A stretch of DNA of 55,101 nt from a virus. Taxonomy: Duplodnaviria; Caudoviricetes. The stretch lies in IMG/VR virus record IMGVR_UViG_3300048849_000134, positions 1-55,101 of that record; one strand, 5' to 3'. The number at the start of each line of letters is the position of its first letter. Within the stretch, counting starts at the first letter, position 1. This document shows positions 9,141 through 19,438 of this stretch, piece after piece. The position numbers and the translations under genes are program-made. The notes under the pieces are model-generated. The model was not told the origin of the DNA and made no database searches. It saw only the letters and a list, made by a program, of their open reading frames with translations.

Positions 9141-9515
9141 ATGGATATCGATCAACTAAAAGGTTTATCAAAAACAGAAACATTTGATTTTATTAGAAGA
9201 TCCCTATTACCGGAAGGTGAGCAAGATTTGTCTAAGCACTACCGGTTTAACATGTCAGGATACGAATCTAAGACAGGGGAATGCACAGTGCACAATCAAT
9301 TTGTGTTAAATAAGTTTGCCTTCTTAGGTATTTACGACTACACCGACTTTCTATTTCTTGATTTCTATAAAGGAGCCCCAACCCTGTACTTTAGATACTG
9401 GTGTGACGACATTTTAAATGAAGTAGATTATTCAGGTGAAGGAACAACAAGTATTATTTACGACATAATGATGCTAACGATATTTTCCGGTAAAAGTACA
9501 AGGAGACGCAATTAA
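9141..9515 (+). CDS. Hypothetical protein
   Basis: First ORF behind leader 2. Confidence 0.7.
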   Translation: MDIDQLKGLSKTETFDFIRRSLLPEGEQDLSKHYRFNMSGYESKTGECTVHNQFVLNKFAFLGIYDYTDFLFLDFYKGAPTLYFRYWCDDILNEVDYSGEGTTSIIYDIMMLTIFSGKSTRRRN

Positions 9516-9527
9516 AGATCAAACAAC

Positions 9528-9842
9528 ATGTCAATTAAGAAAAGCAATGATCTAACTGATGCGCTGAACTCACTCAGATCAGGCGTACACCCAAAGTGGG
9601 GATATCTACCAGATTCGCCATCAAAGCGATCGTTAACCATAGGTAAATGGACCGCAAGTCTTAATGGAGACATTGTGTATGATGATTATTACCATATACA
9701 GAAAGAACGATTTAATGAGCCAGATTGGATCATTCACCTAATGGATAAGGGGTTCTTTGATTTCAACGAGTTCATGCCTATTTACATGCAGGCACATTTC
9801 AATGCTGGCTTAAAAACCATCAGTTTCAATATATTTTATTAA
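9528..9842 (+). CDS. Hypothetical protein
   Basis: ORF; DWIIHLMDKGF motif. Confidence 0.7.
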   Translation: MSIKKSNDLTDALNSLRSGVHPKWGYLPDSPSKRSLTIGKWTASLNGDIVYDDYYHIQKERFNEPDWIIHLMDKGFFDFNEFMPIYMQAHFNAGLKTISFNIFY

Positions 9843-9851
9843 TTCCATCTC

Positions 9852-12188
9852 ATGAAAACAGATTTAGGAAAGTGCAAGAAATTACTAGATTCAGGATTAT
9901 CTCTATTATGCGTAGGCGATAATAAGGTGCCTAACTTTCCCTGGAAAAAAAGACAGACTGAGGCTTATCCTAAATCTGATTTTGAAAAAGATTATAACTA
10001 CTCAGGGGGAATAATAAGGAAAGATGGAACAGAAATACCACCAACAAACGGCATAGGCATAGTTACGGGCTTCAATGGTATTGAGGTTATTGATATTGAC
10101 CTTAAAATTTTACCATCACTTAAACTTCAGCAAGATTTTTGGAATGAATTTACCTCTTTCCTTAAAGATAATATTGATGACTTCGATTCCAAGTTCGTCA
10201 TTTATAAGACCGTAAATAACGGATACCACATCATTTACAAGTGCAAGGTAATCGGTGGAAATGAGAAAATAGCAAAACTAAAGGGGCATGACCAGGCTAT
10301 TATCGAAACCAGAGGCGTTGGCGGTTATGTTTTTATTTACGAAAATCAAGTATCGAAAAAATCCTACACTGACATTCAGGAGATATCTGAAATGGATCGA
10401 GAAGTACTGTTCGGCATTTGTAAATACTACAACTACGTCGGTGAAATTGAACCTATAGTAATTGAAGTAAAGCCTGAATCAGAAAAAGAAGATGCCTCTG
10501 AAATTAGTATAGATATTAGCGTATGGGATGATTACAATCAAAAAACGACTATGATGGATATTCTGTCAAGCGATTTTTCTATTGTGAGAAACTTGACCGA
10601 TAAGCTAATTATCAAACGATCTGGTGCCGAGTCTGCACACAGCGGATACATATACAAAGATACCGGATGCATGTATCTATTTACTACTGGTACACTATAC
10701 CCAAGCGAAAAACTTATTAGCCCTTTTGCGGCATACACTTACAAAAACCATAACGGAGATTTCAGTAAATCCGCAAAAGAACTGTACCAACAGGGTTTCG
10801 GTTCTAGGGTTGTTAAAAAGATTAAGGAGTTAAATACTGAGATTCCGGAAGAAATTCAAGACATAGATTTTCCGATTGAGGTTTTCCCTTTGGAAATTCA
10901 GAACTACATAAGGAAATGTAATGAGACACTTGATAGTTCTATTGATTACATGGGCTGCAGTATGCTATGGATGATATCTGTTATTATGGGCAATTCCATA
11001 AAGATTCAAGTTAAGCCAGGCTGGAAAGAGCCAGCAGTTGTCTGGATAAGTGTGTTAGGAAAAGCGGGTATAGGTAAAACTCCATCTATTCAAAATATCG
11101 TTTCTCCGCTCATGGAGATTAATAACCGGGAGCAAAAGAAGTACGTCAAGCAGTATGAGAAATACGAAGCTTTCATGGAGTTGGATAAAAAGGAACGGTT
11201 GAATACTGAGGAAATTAAAAAGCCGAAGAAAAGTCAGTTCATTGCTAATGATATAACCTTTGAGGCCCTGGTTGATTTGCATGAGGAAAATAAAAATTCA
11301 GTTGGTGTTTTTAAAGATGAACTCGCAGGATGGTTTAAGGATATGAATAAATACCGTTCCGGATCCGACCTAGAATCCTGGTTGATGTCCTGGAATGGTA
11401 CGTCTATTTCATTAAATAGAAAAAGTGCAAAATCATCGTTTGTAGATAAGCCATTTATACCGGTACTAGGAGGTATTCAGCCGGGGATCATGGACCAGTT
11501 TTATACCGATGAAAATAAAGACAGCGGGTTTCTTGATCGTATGCTTTTCTGTCTCCCCGACCTTATGGTTGATGAGTACAACGATGATGAAATGGATGAT
11601 GAGATTATAACATGGTATTCCGACTACATGGTTGCCTTTTACGATAACATACGCAGGCACCTGGTCAAGTATGATGCAGACGACAACATTGTGCCGCTAA
11701 TAGCGAAATACAGTCCGGATGCAAAAACGGAATGGATAAGGATTTTCAATAAGGTCACTGCTATGCAGAACAGCGATGAAGAAAATGAATACATGAAGTC
11801 TATGCTGCCTAAGCAAAAATCCTACATCCCTAGGTTTGCTGCCTTAATAAACACGTTTAGTGTATTCAGTAAGAGTGGAACTGTTGCGGACTTCAATACC
11901 ATTAGCAAAGAATCAATTTTGGCCGCTGAAAAACTATCGGACTACTTCATTTTAATGGCTAAAAAGATCAAGGTATCTAGCTCAGAAATAAGCACCATCA
12001 AGCGACAAGTCAAGTTTAATGAAGGTAAAAGTGCATTTGAAGTTTTTCAGGTCCTTTATAAGCGAAATTCTAAGTTGAATAAAACTGAAGTAGCTGAAGT
12101 ATTAGGTATATCTAGAAAAACTGTATACGAGTTCATCAAAAAGTGTAACGGTCACAGTGAAAAAGTGTCACCATTGAAAACGGCTTAA
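9852..12188 (+). CDS. Bifunctional primase-polymerase fused to DUF3987 P-loop domain
   Basis: GIGIVTG..IEVIDID, GYHIIY, IETRGVGGY; GKAGIGKT Walker A, DELAG, GGIQP, GFLDR; C-terminal HTH. Confidence 0.88.
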   Translation: MKTDLGKCKKLLDSGLSLLCVGDNKVPNFPWKKRQTEAYPKSDFEKDYNYSGGIIRKDGTEIPPTNGIGIVTGFNGIEVIDIDLKILPSLKLQQDFWNEFTSFLKDNIDDFDSKFVIYKTVNNGYHIIYKCKVIGGNEKIAKLKGHDQAIIETRGVGGYVFIYENQVSKKSYTDIQEISEMDREVLFGICKYYNYVGEIEPIVIEVKPESEKEDASEISIDISVWDDYNQKTTMMDILSSDFSIVRNLTDKLIIKRSGAESAHSGYIYKDTGCMYLFTTGTLYPSEKLISPFAAYTYKNHNGDFSKSAKELYQQGFGSRVVKKIKELNTEIPEEIQDIDFPIEVFPLEIQNYIRKCNETLDSSIDYMGCSMLWMISVIMGNSIKIQVKPGWKEPAVVWISVLGKAGIGKTPSIQNIVSPLMEINNREQKKYVKQYEKYEAFMELDKKERLNTEEIKKPKKSQFIANDITFEALVDLHEENKNSVGVFKDELAGWFKDMNKYRSGSDLESWLMSWNGTSISLNRKSAKSSFVDKPFIPVLGGIQPGIMDQFYTDENKDSGFLDRMLFCLPDLMVDEYNDDEMDDEIITWYSDYMVAFYDNIRRHLVKYDADDNIVPLIAKYSPDAKTEWIRIFNKVTAMQNSDEENEYMKSMLPKQKSYIPRFAALINTFSVFSKSGTVADFNTISKESILAAEKLSDYFILMAKKIKVSSSEISTIKRQVKFNEGKSAFEVFQVLYKRNSKLNKTEVAEVLGISRKTVYEFIKKCNGHSEKVSPLKTA

Positions 12189-12446
12189 TTAAGCATTAAA
12201 GGGCGAAAAAGACCTGTTTTAAGACCTAAAAGTGTAACCGTTACACTTGTTCTTAGTAAATAGAAAATAAATGTGTTCTACAGCTTCCGTGTTGACTTCA
12301 ATAAGTAAATTAATTATAAAAAATATTTTTAGTGTAACGGTTACACTTCATTTGTAGTAAAACATAGCACAGGCATAAATAAAGGCCGATTTAACAAGAA
12401 AACAGGGTTACACTTTTATGTAACATAGGGTTACACGTGGTTACAC
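12141..12446. repeat. Iteron array, probable replication origin
   Basis: Palindromes AAGTGTAAC-C-GTTACACTT (12230-12248) and AGTGTAAC-G-GTTACACT (12331-12347); GGTTACAC at 12406, 12429, 12439; AT-rich spacer. Confidence 0.8.
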
Positions 12447-12457
12447 AGCAGTCAAGC

Positions 12458-13690
12458 ATGAAAACATTAAGGAACTACCAAATCGAGAATGCAGAAAAAG
12501 GAACCGAAATTTTAATAAAGCACGGCATTGTTTACCTAGCAATGGAGGTGAGATGTGGCAAGACTGCCACGGCTTTGCAGATCGCAAATCTTTACCAGGC
12601 TAAGAAAGTTTTATTCCTAACCAAAGTAAAGGCAATCGGATCTATCCAGGATGATTACTCGCAGTTTGGATTTACGTTTGAATTGCAGGTGGCAAACAAT
12701 GAAAGTCTACACAAGGTGCTTGATAATGACTTCGATCTAATTATTCAGGATGAGGCTCACCGATTCGGGGCATACCCAAAACCTGGTAAGATGGCTAAGG
12801 ATTTTAAAGCAAGGTTTAAAAAACTGCCTATTGTATTTTTATCTGGCACCCCTACCCCGGAATCATACAGCCAGATATACCATCAGCTATGGGTATCGGA
12901 AAAAAGCCCTTTTGCGAAATATTCGAACTTTTATAAGTGGGCCAAAGATTTTGTTACTGTAAAAGACAAATATGTTTCTTACGGCATTTGCAAGGATTAC
13001 AGCCACGCAAATAAAAAAATGATAGATGAGCACGCCAAACATCTGTTTTTGCCTTACACGCAGGCTGAGGCTGGATTTACCAGCGTTATCAATGAGCATA
13101 TACTCGAATGCCCAATGCTTCCATCAACATACTCGCTTATTAAGCGGCTGCAAAGAGATCTGGTTGTTGAAGGTAAAGGAGAGGTTATCTTGGCTGATAC
13201 AGGTGTTAAACTGCAGCAGAAAATACATCAGCTGTACTCCGGCAGTATTAAGTTTGAAAGCGGTAAAAGAATGGTACTTGACAACAGCAAAGCTGTATTC
13301 ATTAAAGAGAAATTCAAAGGTAAAAAGGTAGGTATTTTCTACAAGTTCATTGCTGAGTATGATGCTCTTAAAAGCGTTTTTGGAGATGATCTTACAAATG
13401 ACCTTGAGGAATTTAATTCTACTGGAAAACATATTGCATTACAAATTATCTCTGGCAGGGAAGGAATAAGCCTGAAAAATGCAGATTGCTTGGTTTACTT
13501 TAACATCGATTTCAGCGCAACATCATACTGGCAAAGCCGGGACCGACTAACTACAATGGAAAGGAAGTCAAACGATATCTACTGGATATTTTCAGTCGGA
13601 GGAATAGAGCGGAAAATTTATGACTGTGTGATGGGTAAGCGAGACTATACCCTGAGCAACTTTAGAAAGGATTATCATTATGGCCAGTAA
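12458..13690 (+). CDS. SF2 (SNF2-like) helicase
   Basis: LRNYQ, MEVRCGKT, DEAH, LSGTP, GREGISL, QSRDR. Confidence 0.88.
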   Translation: MKTLRNYQIENAEKGTEILIKHGIVYLAMEVRCGKTATALQIANLYQAKKVLFLTKVKAIGSIQDDYSQFGFTFELQVANNESLHKVLDNDFDLIIQDEAHRFGAYPKPGKMAKDFKARFKKLPIVFLSGTPTPESYSQIYHQLWVSEKSPFAKYSNFYKWAKDFVTVKDKYVSYGICKDYSHANKKMIDEHAKHLFLPYTQAEAGFTSVINEHILECPMLPSTYSLIKRLQRDLVVEGKGEVILADTGVKLQQKIHQLYSGSIKFESGKRMVLDNSKAVFIKEKFKGKKVGIFYKFIAEYDALKSVFGDDLTNDLEEFNSTGKHIALQIISGREGISLKNADCLVYFNIDFSATSYWQSRDRLTTMERKSNDIYWIFSVGGIERKIYDCVMGKRDYTLSNFRKDYHYGQ

Positions 13691-13922
13691 ACATCAAACC
13701 AAACTAATAAAAGAGTACACAAAGAAAGGTTATCTCGTTTTGAACCTAATAAAAACCAATAAACCGGGGATACCTGACCTGCTTTGTTTAAAGAAAGGAG
13801 AAGATCCCCTATTCATTGAGAGCAAAGAAAAAACAGATACTCTGAAGCCACTACAGCGATACATGATCAAGAGGCTTAATGATTTAGGCTTCACCGCATT
13901 TGAGTCGAGGGCCGCGAAATGA
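13680..13922 (+). CDS. VRR-NUC domain nuclease
   Basis: GIPDLL...FIESK...LKPLQ. Confidence 0.85.
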   Translation: MASKHQTKLIKEYTKKGYLVLNLIKTNKPGIPDLLCLKKGEDPLFIESKEKTDTLKPLQRYMIKRLNDLGFTAFESRAAK

Positions 13923-14164
13923 ACTCAATAATCAAATCCAACGGCGAATACCTATCCACTACGTTCTCCGGACCAGCAGCCACGTGGAAACTAATGGAAT
14001 CCGAATCAGCCGGACCCGCAAGCAAAGCGATGCAGACCCTCGACACATTCACAGACGGCAAAGGCAATTACATAACCAAGCGCAGACTGGAAATATTCAA
14101 GTGGGCTGAGTCAGGTGATATCTGGTTGCCTGGGAGCAAGTCTACACAACGCAAAGCAGCCTAA
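13919..14164 (+). CDS. Hypothetical protein
   Basis: ATGA overlap. Confidence 0.6.
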   Translation: MNSIIKSNGEYLSTTFSGPAATWKLMESESAGPASKAMQTLDTFTDGKGNYITKRRLEIFKWAESGDIWLPGSKSTQRKAA

Positions 14165-14179
14165 AAATTTATTTTTTCT

Positions 14180-14217
14180 TACTACGTTTTTATTATCATT
14201 AATAATTCTTACATTTG
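14180..14217 (+). promoter_or_regulatory. Class A motif copy 3 with -7 box
   Basis: TACTACGTTTTTATTATCATTAATA then TACATTTG. Confidence 0.8.
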
Positions 14218-14252
14218 TGGTACGCCACACCCCAAACGAAATAAGCACGAGT

Positions 14253-14714
14253 ATGACTAAATTCGAGATTCTTGGTAGAGTGTTGTGCGTGGTTGATCCA
14301 GTTGAAGCGGAGAAGCATCTGAGTAATTTTCAGAGGATGGCGAACGAACCAAAATATGTTAGCGTCATTTTTAACGATATCGAAACAGTTTACCCTGACG
14401 TAAGCGCGGAAACAAAAAGAGATTACATGATCGCTGCAATCTATCAAATTTATCAGCCCCTATCCTTTCTACATCTTGACGATAAGGCGGCAGGCAAATT
14501 GCCTCCAGGAGTGCGTGACGAACTAGCGAAGTTTTTAGGATTCACGAACAGCGAAATGTGTAATCATTACAAAGGGCAGCTGGAAAGTTGGATGAAACCA
14601 TTTAACAACGGGGTACGTAGGGAGTTTAGGGAAAAGGTGATGGTAATCGTCGAAAGGTTTAAACCGCTGTCTCTGAACAGGAATGATTCACAGTATAAAA
14701 TGGAGTTAGCGTAA
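14253..14714 (+). CDS. Hypothetical protein, possible transcription regulator
   Basis: ATG downstream of promoter; helical GVRDELAKFLG segment; sits just before terminase. Confidence 0.6.
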   Translation: MTKFEILGRVLCVVDPVEAEKHLSNFQRMANEPKYVSVIFNDIETVYPDVSAETKRDYMIAAIYQIYQPLSFLHLDDKAAGKLPPGVRDELAKFLGFTNSEMCNHYKGQLESWMKPFNNGVRREFREKVMVIVERFKPLSLNRNDSQYKMELA

Positions 14715-14715
14715 G

Positions 14716-14928
14716 ATGGGAGCGCACATACAGTTCACAGAAACTCACGATACAGGAAAGACTAAGGTTTTTTCCGCTGAATGTAATGATGCTTTTCTTG
14801 GCAATGTCAAATGGTATGCTCCATGGAGAAGATATACCTTTCATCCAGCGCAAGATACCTTGTTCGATAGTTCATGCCTTAAAGAGATCACTTCTTTTAT
14901 TGGTGGTTTAATGGAGGATCGGAAGTAA
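14716..14928 (+). CDS. Conserved phage protein
   Basis: LGNVKWYAPWRRYTF motif. Confidence 0.7.
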   Translation: MGAHIQFTETHDTGKTKVFSAECNDAFLGNVKWYAPWRRYTFHPAQDTLFDSSCLKEITSFIGGLMEDRK

Positions 14929-15443
14929 TGGCAAACTTAACCGACAAACAAGAGAAGTTTTGCCAGGAATACCTGATTGATCTTAACGCCACACAAGCAG
15001 CGATAAGGGCTGGATATTCCGAGACTACGGCGCGATCATTAGGCGCTGAGAACCTTACAAAACCTGACATCCAACTCAGACTATCAGAATTGAATAAAAG
15101 TCGCTTAGAAGCCACCGGAATAAGCCAGAAAAGAGTTTTAGAGGAGTACTCTAAGATAGCTTTCTTTGACATAAGAAATATTTATACCGAAAACGGAGCT
15201 TTGAAGCGGCCTGGTGAATTAAGCGATTTTGAAGCAGGAGCGGTATCTGGTATTAAAACCTTTGAAGTTTACGCTCAAGGCGAGATGGTTGGTGAAAACA
15301 AAGAGGTTAAAGTATTCGACAAATTAAGGGCATTGGAGGCTTTATCTAAGCACTTGGGCTTATTCGAGAAAGACAATAGCCAAAAGGCAGTTGAAGTGCC
15401 TAAGCAGGTTATAATCATTAACGGTAAAGAAGTTGAGTTCTAA
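14928..15443 (+). CDS. terS: Terminase small subunit
   Basis: LTDKQEKFCQEYLIDLNATQAAIRAGYS. Confidence 0.93.
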   Translation: MANLTDKQEKFCQEYLIDLNATQAAIRAGYSETTARSLGAENLTKPDIQLRLSELNKSRLEATGISQKRVLEEYSKIAFFDIRNIYTENGALKRPGELSDFEAGAVSGIKTFEVYAQGEMVGENKEVKVFDKLRALEALSKHLGLFEKDNSQKAVEVPKQVIIINGKEVEF

Positions 15444-16872
15444 TGTACCGCAAAACAGACAGGTCTTATTTGAGCCATTCCCTAAGCAGGAAGAGTTCAT
15501 TAATGCTGTATTAAGCGGAGAGTATTCCTTTGTCCTTTTTGGGGGTGCCATTCGGGGCGGTAAGACGTTTTCATTGCTTGCTCTATTCCTTATCCTTTGC
15601 CGTGTGTTCCCGGGTAGCAGATGGGCTCTGGTCCGTAAGGACCTACCAACGATTAAAAGGAACCTTTACCCTTCATGGGATAAGATCAAGCCAACACACT
15701 TCATAGCTAAGCACAATAACGAAACGCATACCGTAACTTTCATTAATGGTTCGCAGATCATTTTCTATCCTGAAAACTATGCTCAGGATAAGAACCTGGA
15801 TCGATGGAAAGGGCTTGAGGTAAATGGTTTTGGATTTGAGGAAATAAACGAATGCCAACAGGTTACTTTATTTAAGGCATTTGAACGTGCCGGATCATAT
15901 GTTGTGCCAGGGCTTAAAATACAGCCTAAGCCCATAGTTGTAGGCACTTGCAACCCAACACAAGGATGGGTGAAAGAAATGGTTTATACGCCTTGGAAAC
16001 AAGGTGCACTTAAAAAGTCATGGCATTATATCCAGTCGCGTATACACGACAACCTCCCTTTGCTTGCAGCTCAACCTGATTACCTTCCGTCATTGAGGGA
16101 AAACTTAAATACATATGAATTTTTAGTTTATGTCGAGGGAGATTGGGATGTTCAATTAAAAACAGGTGGTGAGTTCTTAGGTAAGTTTGAGTTAAGTGAT
16201 CACGTACGCCCTCTAACATGGGAGGTAGATAAAATGATCTGTGTGTCGTTGGATAGCAACGTTTACCCATATGTGGCTGTTTCCATTTGGCAGATCATAC
16301 CTGATGGAATGAATAAGATCATTAGACAGGTCCATGAGCTACATGCAGAGGATCCGATTAATACCGGGACAAAAGCGGGCAAGAATGTTGGTGAATGGTT
16401 GAAAGGTATAAACTATAATCAGCGTGTTAAGGTTTACGGAGATAGGTCTACCAAAAATCGCAACAATATCGATGATAATAAAAAGTCCTTCTTTGCCTTA
16501 TTTACCGAGGGCATATCAAACGAGGGATTCAGAATAGAGGACTGCATGCTGAATAATGCGCCGGTGGTATCAACCATTGCTGACTTTGTTAATGCCATCC
16601 TTGCAGGTGAAATACCTGGATTGAGAATCGAGATAGCAGAGCACTGCAAAACCTCAATCAACGACTACATAGAAACTAAGACAAATGAGAATGGAGGGGT
16701 TTTAAAGGTTCGAGTTAAACATCCTACTATTGATAAGCTGACTTACGAAAAGAACGGCCACCTTACCGATACCCTGAAAGACTTCATCGTGTCTGCATTC
16801 AATAAGGAATACCTGGCCTTTACCAACAAGAATAAACGCTCGGATTTTCGTAGATTATCTATTATCAAGTAG
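15433..16872 (+). CDS. terL: Terminase large subunit
   Basis: GGAIRGGKT Walker A, FEEINE Walker B, TCNP, C-terminal GHLTD nuclease motif. Confidence 0.92.
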   Translation: MSSNVPQNRQVLFEPFPKQEEFINAVLSGEYSFVLFGGAIRGGKTFSLLALFLILCRVFPGSRWALVRKDLPTIKRNLYPSWDKIKPTHFIAKHNNETHTVTFINGSQIIFYPENYAQDKNLDRWKGLEVNGFGFEEINECQQVTLFKAFERAGSYVVPGLKIQPKPIVVGTCNPTQGWVKEMVYTPWKQGALKKSWHYIQSRIHDNLPLLAAQPDYLPSLRENLNTYEFLVYVEGDWDVQLKTGGEFLGKFELSDHVRPLTWEVDKMICVSLDSNVYPYVAVSIWQIIPDGMNKIIRQVHELHAEDPINTGTKAGKNVGEWLKGINYNQRVKVYGDRSTKNRNNIDDNKKSFFALFTEGISNEGFRIEDCMLNNAPVVSTIADFVNAILAGEIPGLRIEIAEHCKTSINDYIETKTNENGGVLKVRVKHPTIDKLTYEKNGHLTDTLKDFIVSAFNKEYLAFTNKNKRSDFRRLSIIK

Positions 16873-16946
16873 CCAACTTCCGCGCATTCTCGATGGTGCG
16901 GTAATCGCCCGTGCAGGGCCAATCCCGACAAAATGTAAATAAATCT

Positions 16947-16985
16947 TACTACGTTTTTAATATAGTTAATAATTGCGTATGTTTG
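16947..16985 (+). promoter_or_regulatory. Class A motif copy 4 with -7 box
   Basis: TACTACGTTTTTAATATAGTTAATA then TATGTTTG. Confidence 0.8.
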
Positions 16986-16993
16986 ATCTACAA

Positions 16994-17080
16994 GGTCGTG
17001 TGGTAGCGATCATAACGAATTTTAGAGCATTCAGGAGGGCGGCATCTACCACAGCCAAACTTCTGGATGCTTTGTCTTTT
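16994..17080 (+). ncRNA. Kissing-loop 5' leader 3
   Basis: Loop TGTGGTAG vs loop CTACCACA; outer stem AGAGCATTCAGGAG/CTTCTGGATGCTTT; U-tract. Confidence 0.75.
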
Positions 17081-17093
17081 AAACAGTATTTTT

Positions 17094-17357
17094 ATGAGCA
17101 CATTCGAATACGAGCTCCCTAAAGGTAAGATCGATGGATCTGAACCTGCACAATCAACTTTTCAAAAGTTTGCAGATGGCAGCACAATTCAAACATTTGG
17201 TTTAAGCATTAGAGCGCACTTTGCAGCTATTGCCATGCAGGGGATGCTACACAAAGGCGCTATGACTGAGCACGGAGTGATTTCTCAGGCTCCTGACACT
17301 ATCGCTATGTTGGCCGTTAATCAAGCCGACGCCCTCATATCCGCCCTAAACAAATAA
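17094..17357 (+). CDS. Conserved phage protein (GxSxRxxFAAxAMQG...ADAL family)
   Basis: Recognisable motif; ATG after leader 3. Confidence 0.75.
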   Translation: MSTFEYELPKGKIDGSEPAQSTFQKFADGSTIQTFGLSIRAHFAAIAMQGMLHKGAMTEHGVISQAPDTIAMLAVNQADALISALNK

Positions 17358-17398
17358 CCAGTATTAACCAGCCGAAAATGCTATAACACGTAAAGAGA

Positions 17399-17812
17399 AT
17401 GAATAGAGAAATTAAGTTTAAAGTGTGGGACGGAAAGTCCATGCCTCACAATGCAATAGTTGGAAACGGTAACGCCTTATACATCCCAAGCGCAACTGGA
17501 GAATACAGATGGGCATCCTTAGCGGATGTTGTTCCACTTCAATTCACAGGACTGAAAGATAAGAACGGAGTTGAGATCTATGAGGGGGATATTGTCCGAG
17601 GTATCATTAAAGATGTTCACGATATATTTGATGAAAAAGACTTCTCCCTTGTTGATGAGATCGGCGCTGTCGAAATGAAAGAAGGGATGTGGATGCTATC
17701 TAATGATAGTGACGCGTATTCGGGGGGAATTGTATACAGGTATGATAGCATAGAAGTCATCGGCAACATCCACCAGCACCAACATTTACTAACCAAAGCC
17801 GTAAAGGCGTAA
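17399..17812 (+). CDS. YopX family protein (second copy)
   Basis: REIKFKVWD...QFTGLKDKNGVEIYEGDIV...EVIGNIH. Confidence 0.9.
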   Translation: MNREIKFKVWDGKSMPHNAIVGNGNALYIPSATGEYRWASLADVVPLQFTGLKDKNGVEIYEGDIVRGIIKDVHDIFDEKDFSLVDEIGAVEMKEGMWMLSNDSDAYSGGIVYRYDSIEVIGNIHQHQHLLTKAVKA

Positions 17813-17824
17813 CCAGAAAGAAAG

Positions 17825-18388
17825 ATGGAAAATAAACCATACACAGTAACAAAAAGCACAGTTGAATTATACCGCTTAAGACATCCATCCGGCATGTATT
17901 GGGCTGACATCACAATCGACCAAGGAGATGAAGCCGGCCGTATCAGCATAGCTTCCGACTTCGGCAACTGGTCAAACTATTGGGGATGCTGTGGAATGCC
18001 GTTTAAAGATTTCTTATGCAAGATTGATCAAGGGTATGCCGCAAATAAGTTCGGCGCCAATGATTGGTTTGATCTGGAAGCCACTATCAAGCATCTAAGA
18101 GATGAAGTTAAACGTCAGCTGGCAGATCGTAGCATAGACACGGAAATGGCAAAAACAATGCGCGAAGAAATATCAGAACTTACCGACTATAACTCCAAGG
18201 ATGCGTTTGCAGTGCAATGCTTCAATATGGAACACTTATCTCAGTTGTATGATTGTGGGCCGGATTTGTTAACAGATGTGGAACCAGGATTCAAGCACTT
18301 CTGGGATAAGGTGTGGCCAGTGATGATCGAGACATTTAAGGCTGAAAAGGTCGCTAGGTGCCGGAGGATGCACACAGTTTCAACATAG
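17825..18388 (+). CDS. Conserved hypothetical phage protein
   Basis: GRISIASDFGNWSNYW...FKDFL motif. Confidence 0.7.
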   Translation: MENKPYTVTKSTVELYRLRHPSGMYWADITIDQGDEAGRISIASDFGNWSNYWGCCGMPFKDFLCKIDQGYAANKFGANDWFDLEATIKHLRDEVKRQLADRSIDTEMAKTMREEISELTDYNSKDAFAVQCFNMEHLSQLYDCGPDLLTDVEPGFKHFWDKVWPVMIETFKAEKVARCRRMHTVST

Positions 18389-18676
18389 AAGATAACCAAG
18401 TGGAAGGCGGGAAACACATAGCTATGCTTTTAGGCGTACCGGACTACGCTTGCGTGTTTAGCCCTGTATTACCCCCAGGCAACTGGAAACCTCTTGGAAT
18501 ATCTGCCGAGTTGACCGAGGAACAGGCGGCTGAATTGGTGGAAGATTATAAAGGTGCATTTTTCTATGACTATACATTGTCATGCTACATCAAGAAAACG
18601 GCTGTTTCATCCTTTGCATCCCTTATGCAAGCTAATGCGATCAACGAGCCACGTTTAATTTTAATTAAACAATGAT

Positions 18677-19018
18677 ATGAAAGAGATAACAGAAGAAATG
18701 ATCGGAGATCTTGCGCACGAGTATGTATTTAATGAAAACGGACACAAGTGGAGCAACAACGATAATACCGCAGGGGATAACTTTGGTAGTTTTATGGCCG
18801 GATTCAAAGCCGCGCAGGAGCAACTAAAGCCGGAGTGGGTGCCGGTAAGCGAGAGACTTCCGGAAATTGGGCAGTATGTGCAAGCGGCAATCAAGGGCGG
18901 AGTATTGCTTTACTCATGCGTTCTTGAGAAGAATAACACTTGGTATGGCTACGGATATGCTCAACCAGAAACAAGGATCACCCATTGGATGCCATTACCC
19001 GCTCCACCCAAGCAATAA
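18677..19018 (+). CDS. DUF551 domain protein
   Basis: WVPVSERLPE...ITHWMPLPAPP. Confidence 0.88.
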   Translation: MKEITEEMIGDLAHEYVFNENGHKWSNNDNTAGDNFGSFMAGFKAAQEQLKPEWVPVSERLPEIGQYVQAAIKGGVLLYSCVLEKNNTWYGYGYAQPETRITHWMPLPAPPKQ

Positions 19019-19139
19019 AAAAGGAGATGTCTGGCTAAGTCATCCCCTAAACTGACCGGTGCAATCCAATCAGCTACGCTCTCGGAACAAGTATGTGACG
19101 GGGGAGTGAATAAGTGGTAATTTATTTTATAATAATTTT

Positions 19140-19436
19140 ATGAAGACAATAAAACAAGTAACGATTAAGCCTGTGTTTGTGGATCAACTGCCAACTTTCA
19201 GGAAACAAAACGAAGTATACATTAGTAAAGAACGAAAAATTTCCGAGCATGTATGTCTATGTGGGTGTGGCGGAACAGTGGTTATGCCATTGAATTACGA
19301 ATTATTTCCAAATACAAACTGGAAACTTGTCGAGGAAAACAACGGAACGGTATCGTTTATCGGTTCTGTTGGTAACTATCAATTTGCTTGTAAGTCGCAT
19401 TACATCATAACTAAAAACGTAGCAAACTTCGTTTAA
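19140..19436 (+). CDS. DUF6527 family protein
   Basis: VYIS...HVCLCGCG..VVMPL...W...SVGNYQFACKSHYII. Confidence 0.8.
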   Translation: MKTIKQVTIKPVFVDQLPTFRKQNEVYISKERKISEHVCLCGCGGTVVMPLNYELFPNTNWKLVEENNGTVSFIGSVGNYQFACKSHYIITKNVANFV

Positions 19437-19438
19437 CA

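Noticed and set aside
14216-14229. Sixth kissing-loop leader at class A copies 3, 6 or 7
   Set aside because: Only single hairpins or short unstructured leaders; no complementary second loop found.
14115-14252. Upstream non-ATG extensions of ORFs 14115, 17067, 21056 and 38405
   Set aside because: They run through promoter or leader elements, so downstream ATGs were chosen.
16872-16930. GC-rich hairpins after terL as an HDV-like ribozyme
   Set aside because: Could not build the nested double pseudoknot on either strand.
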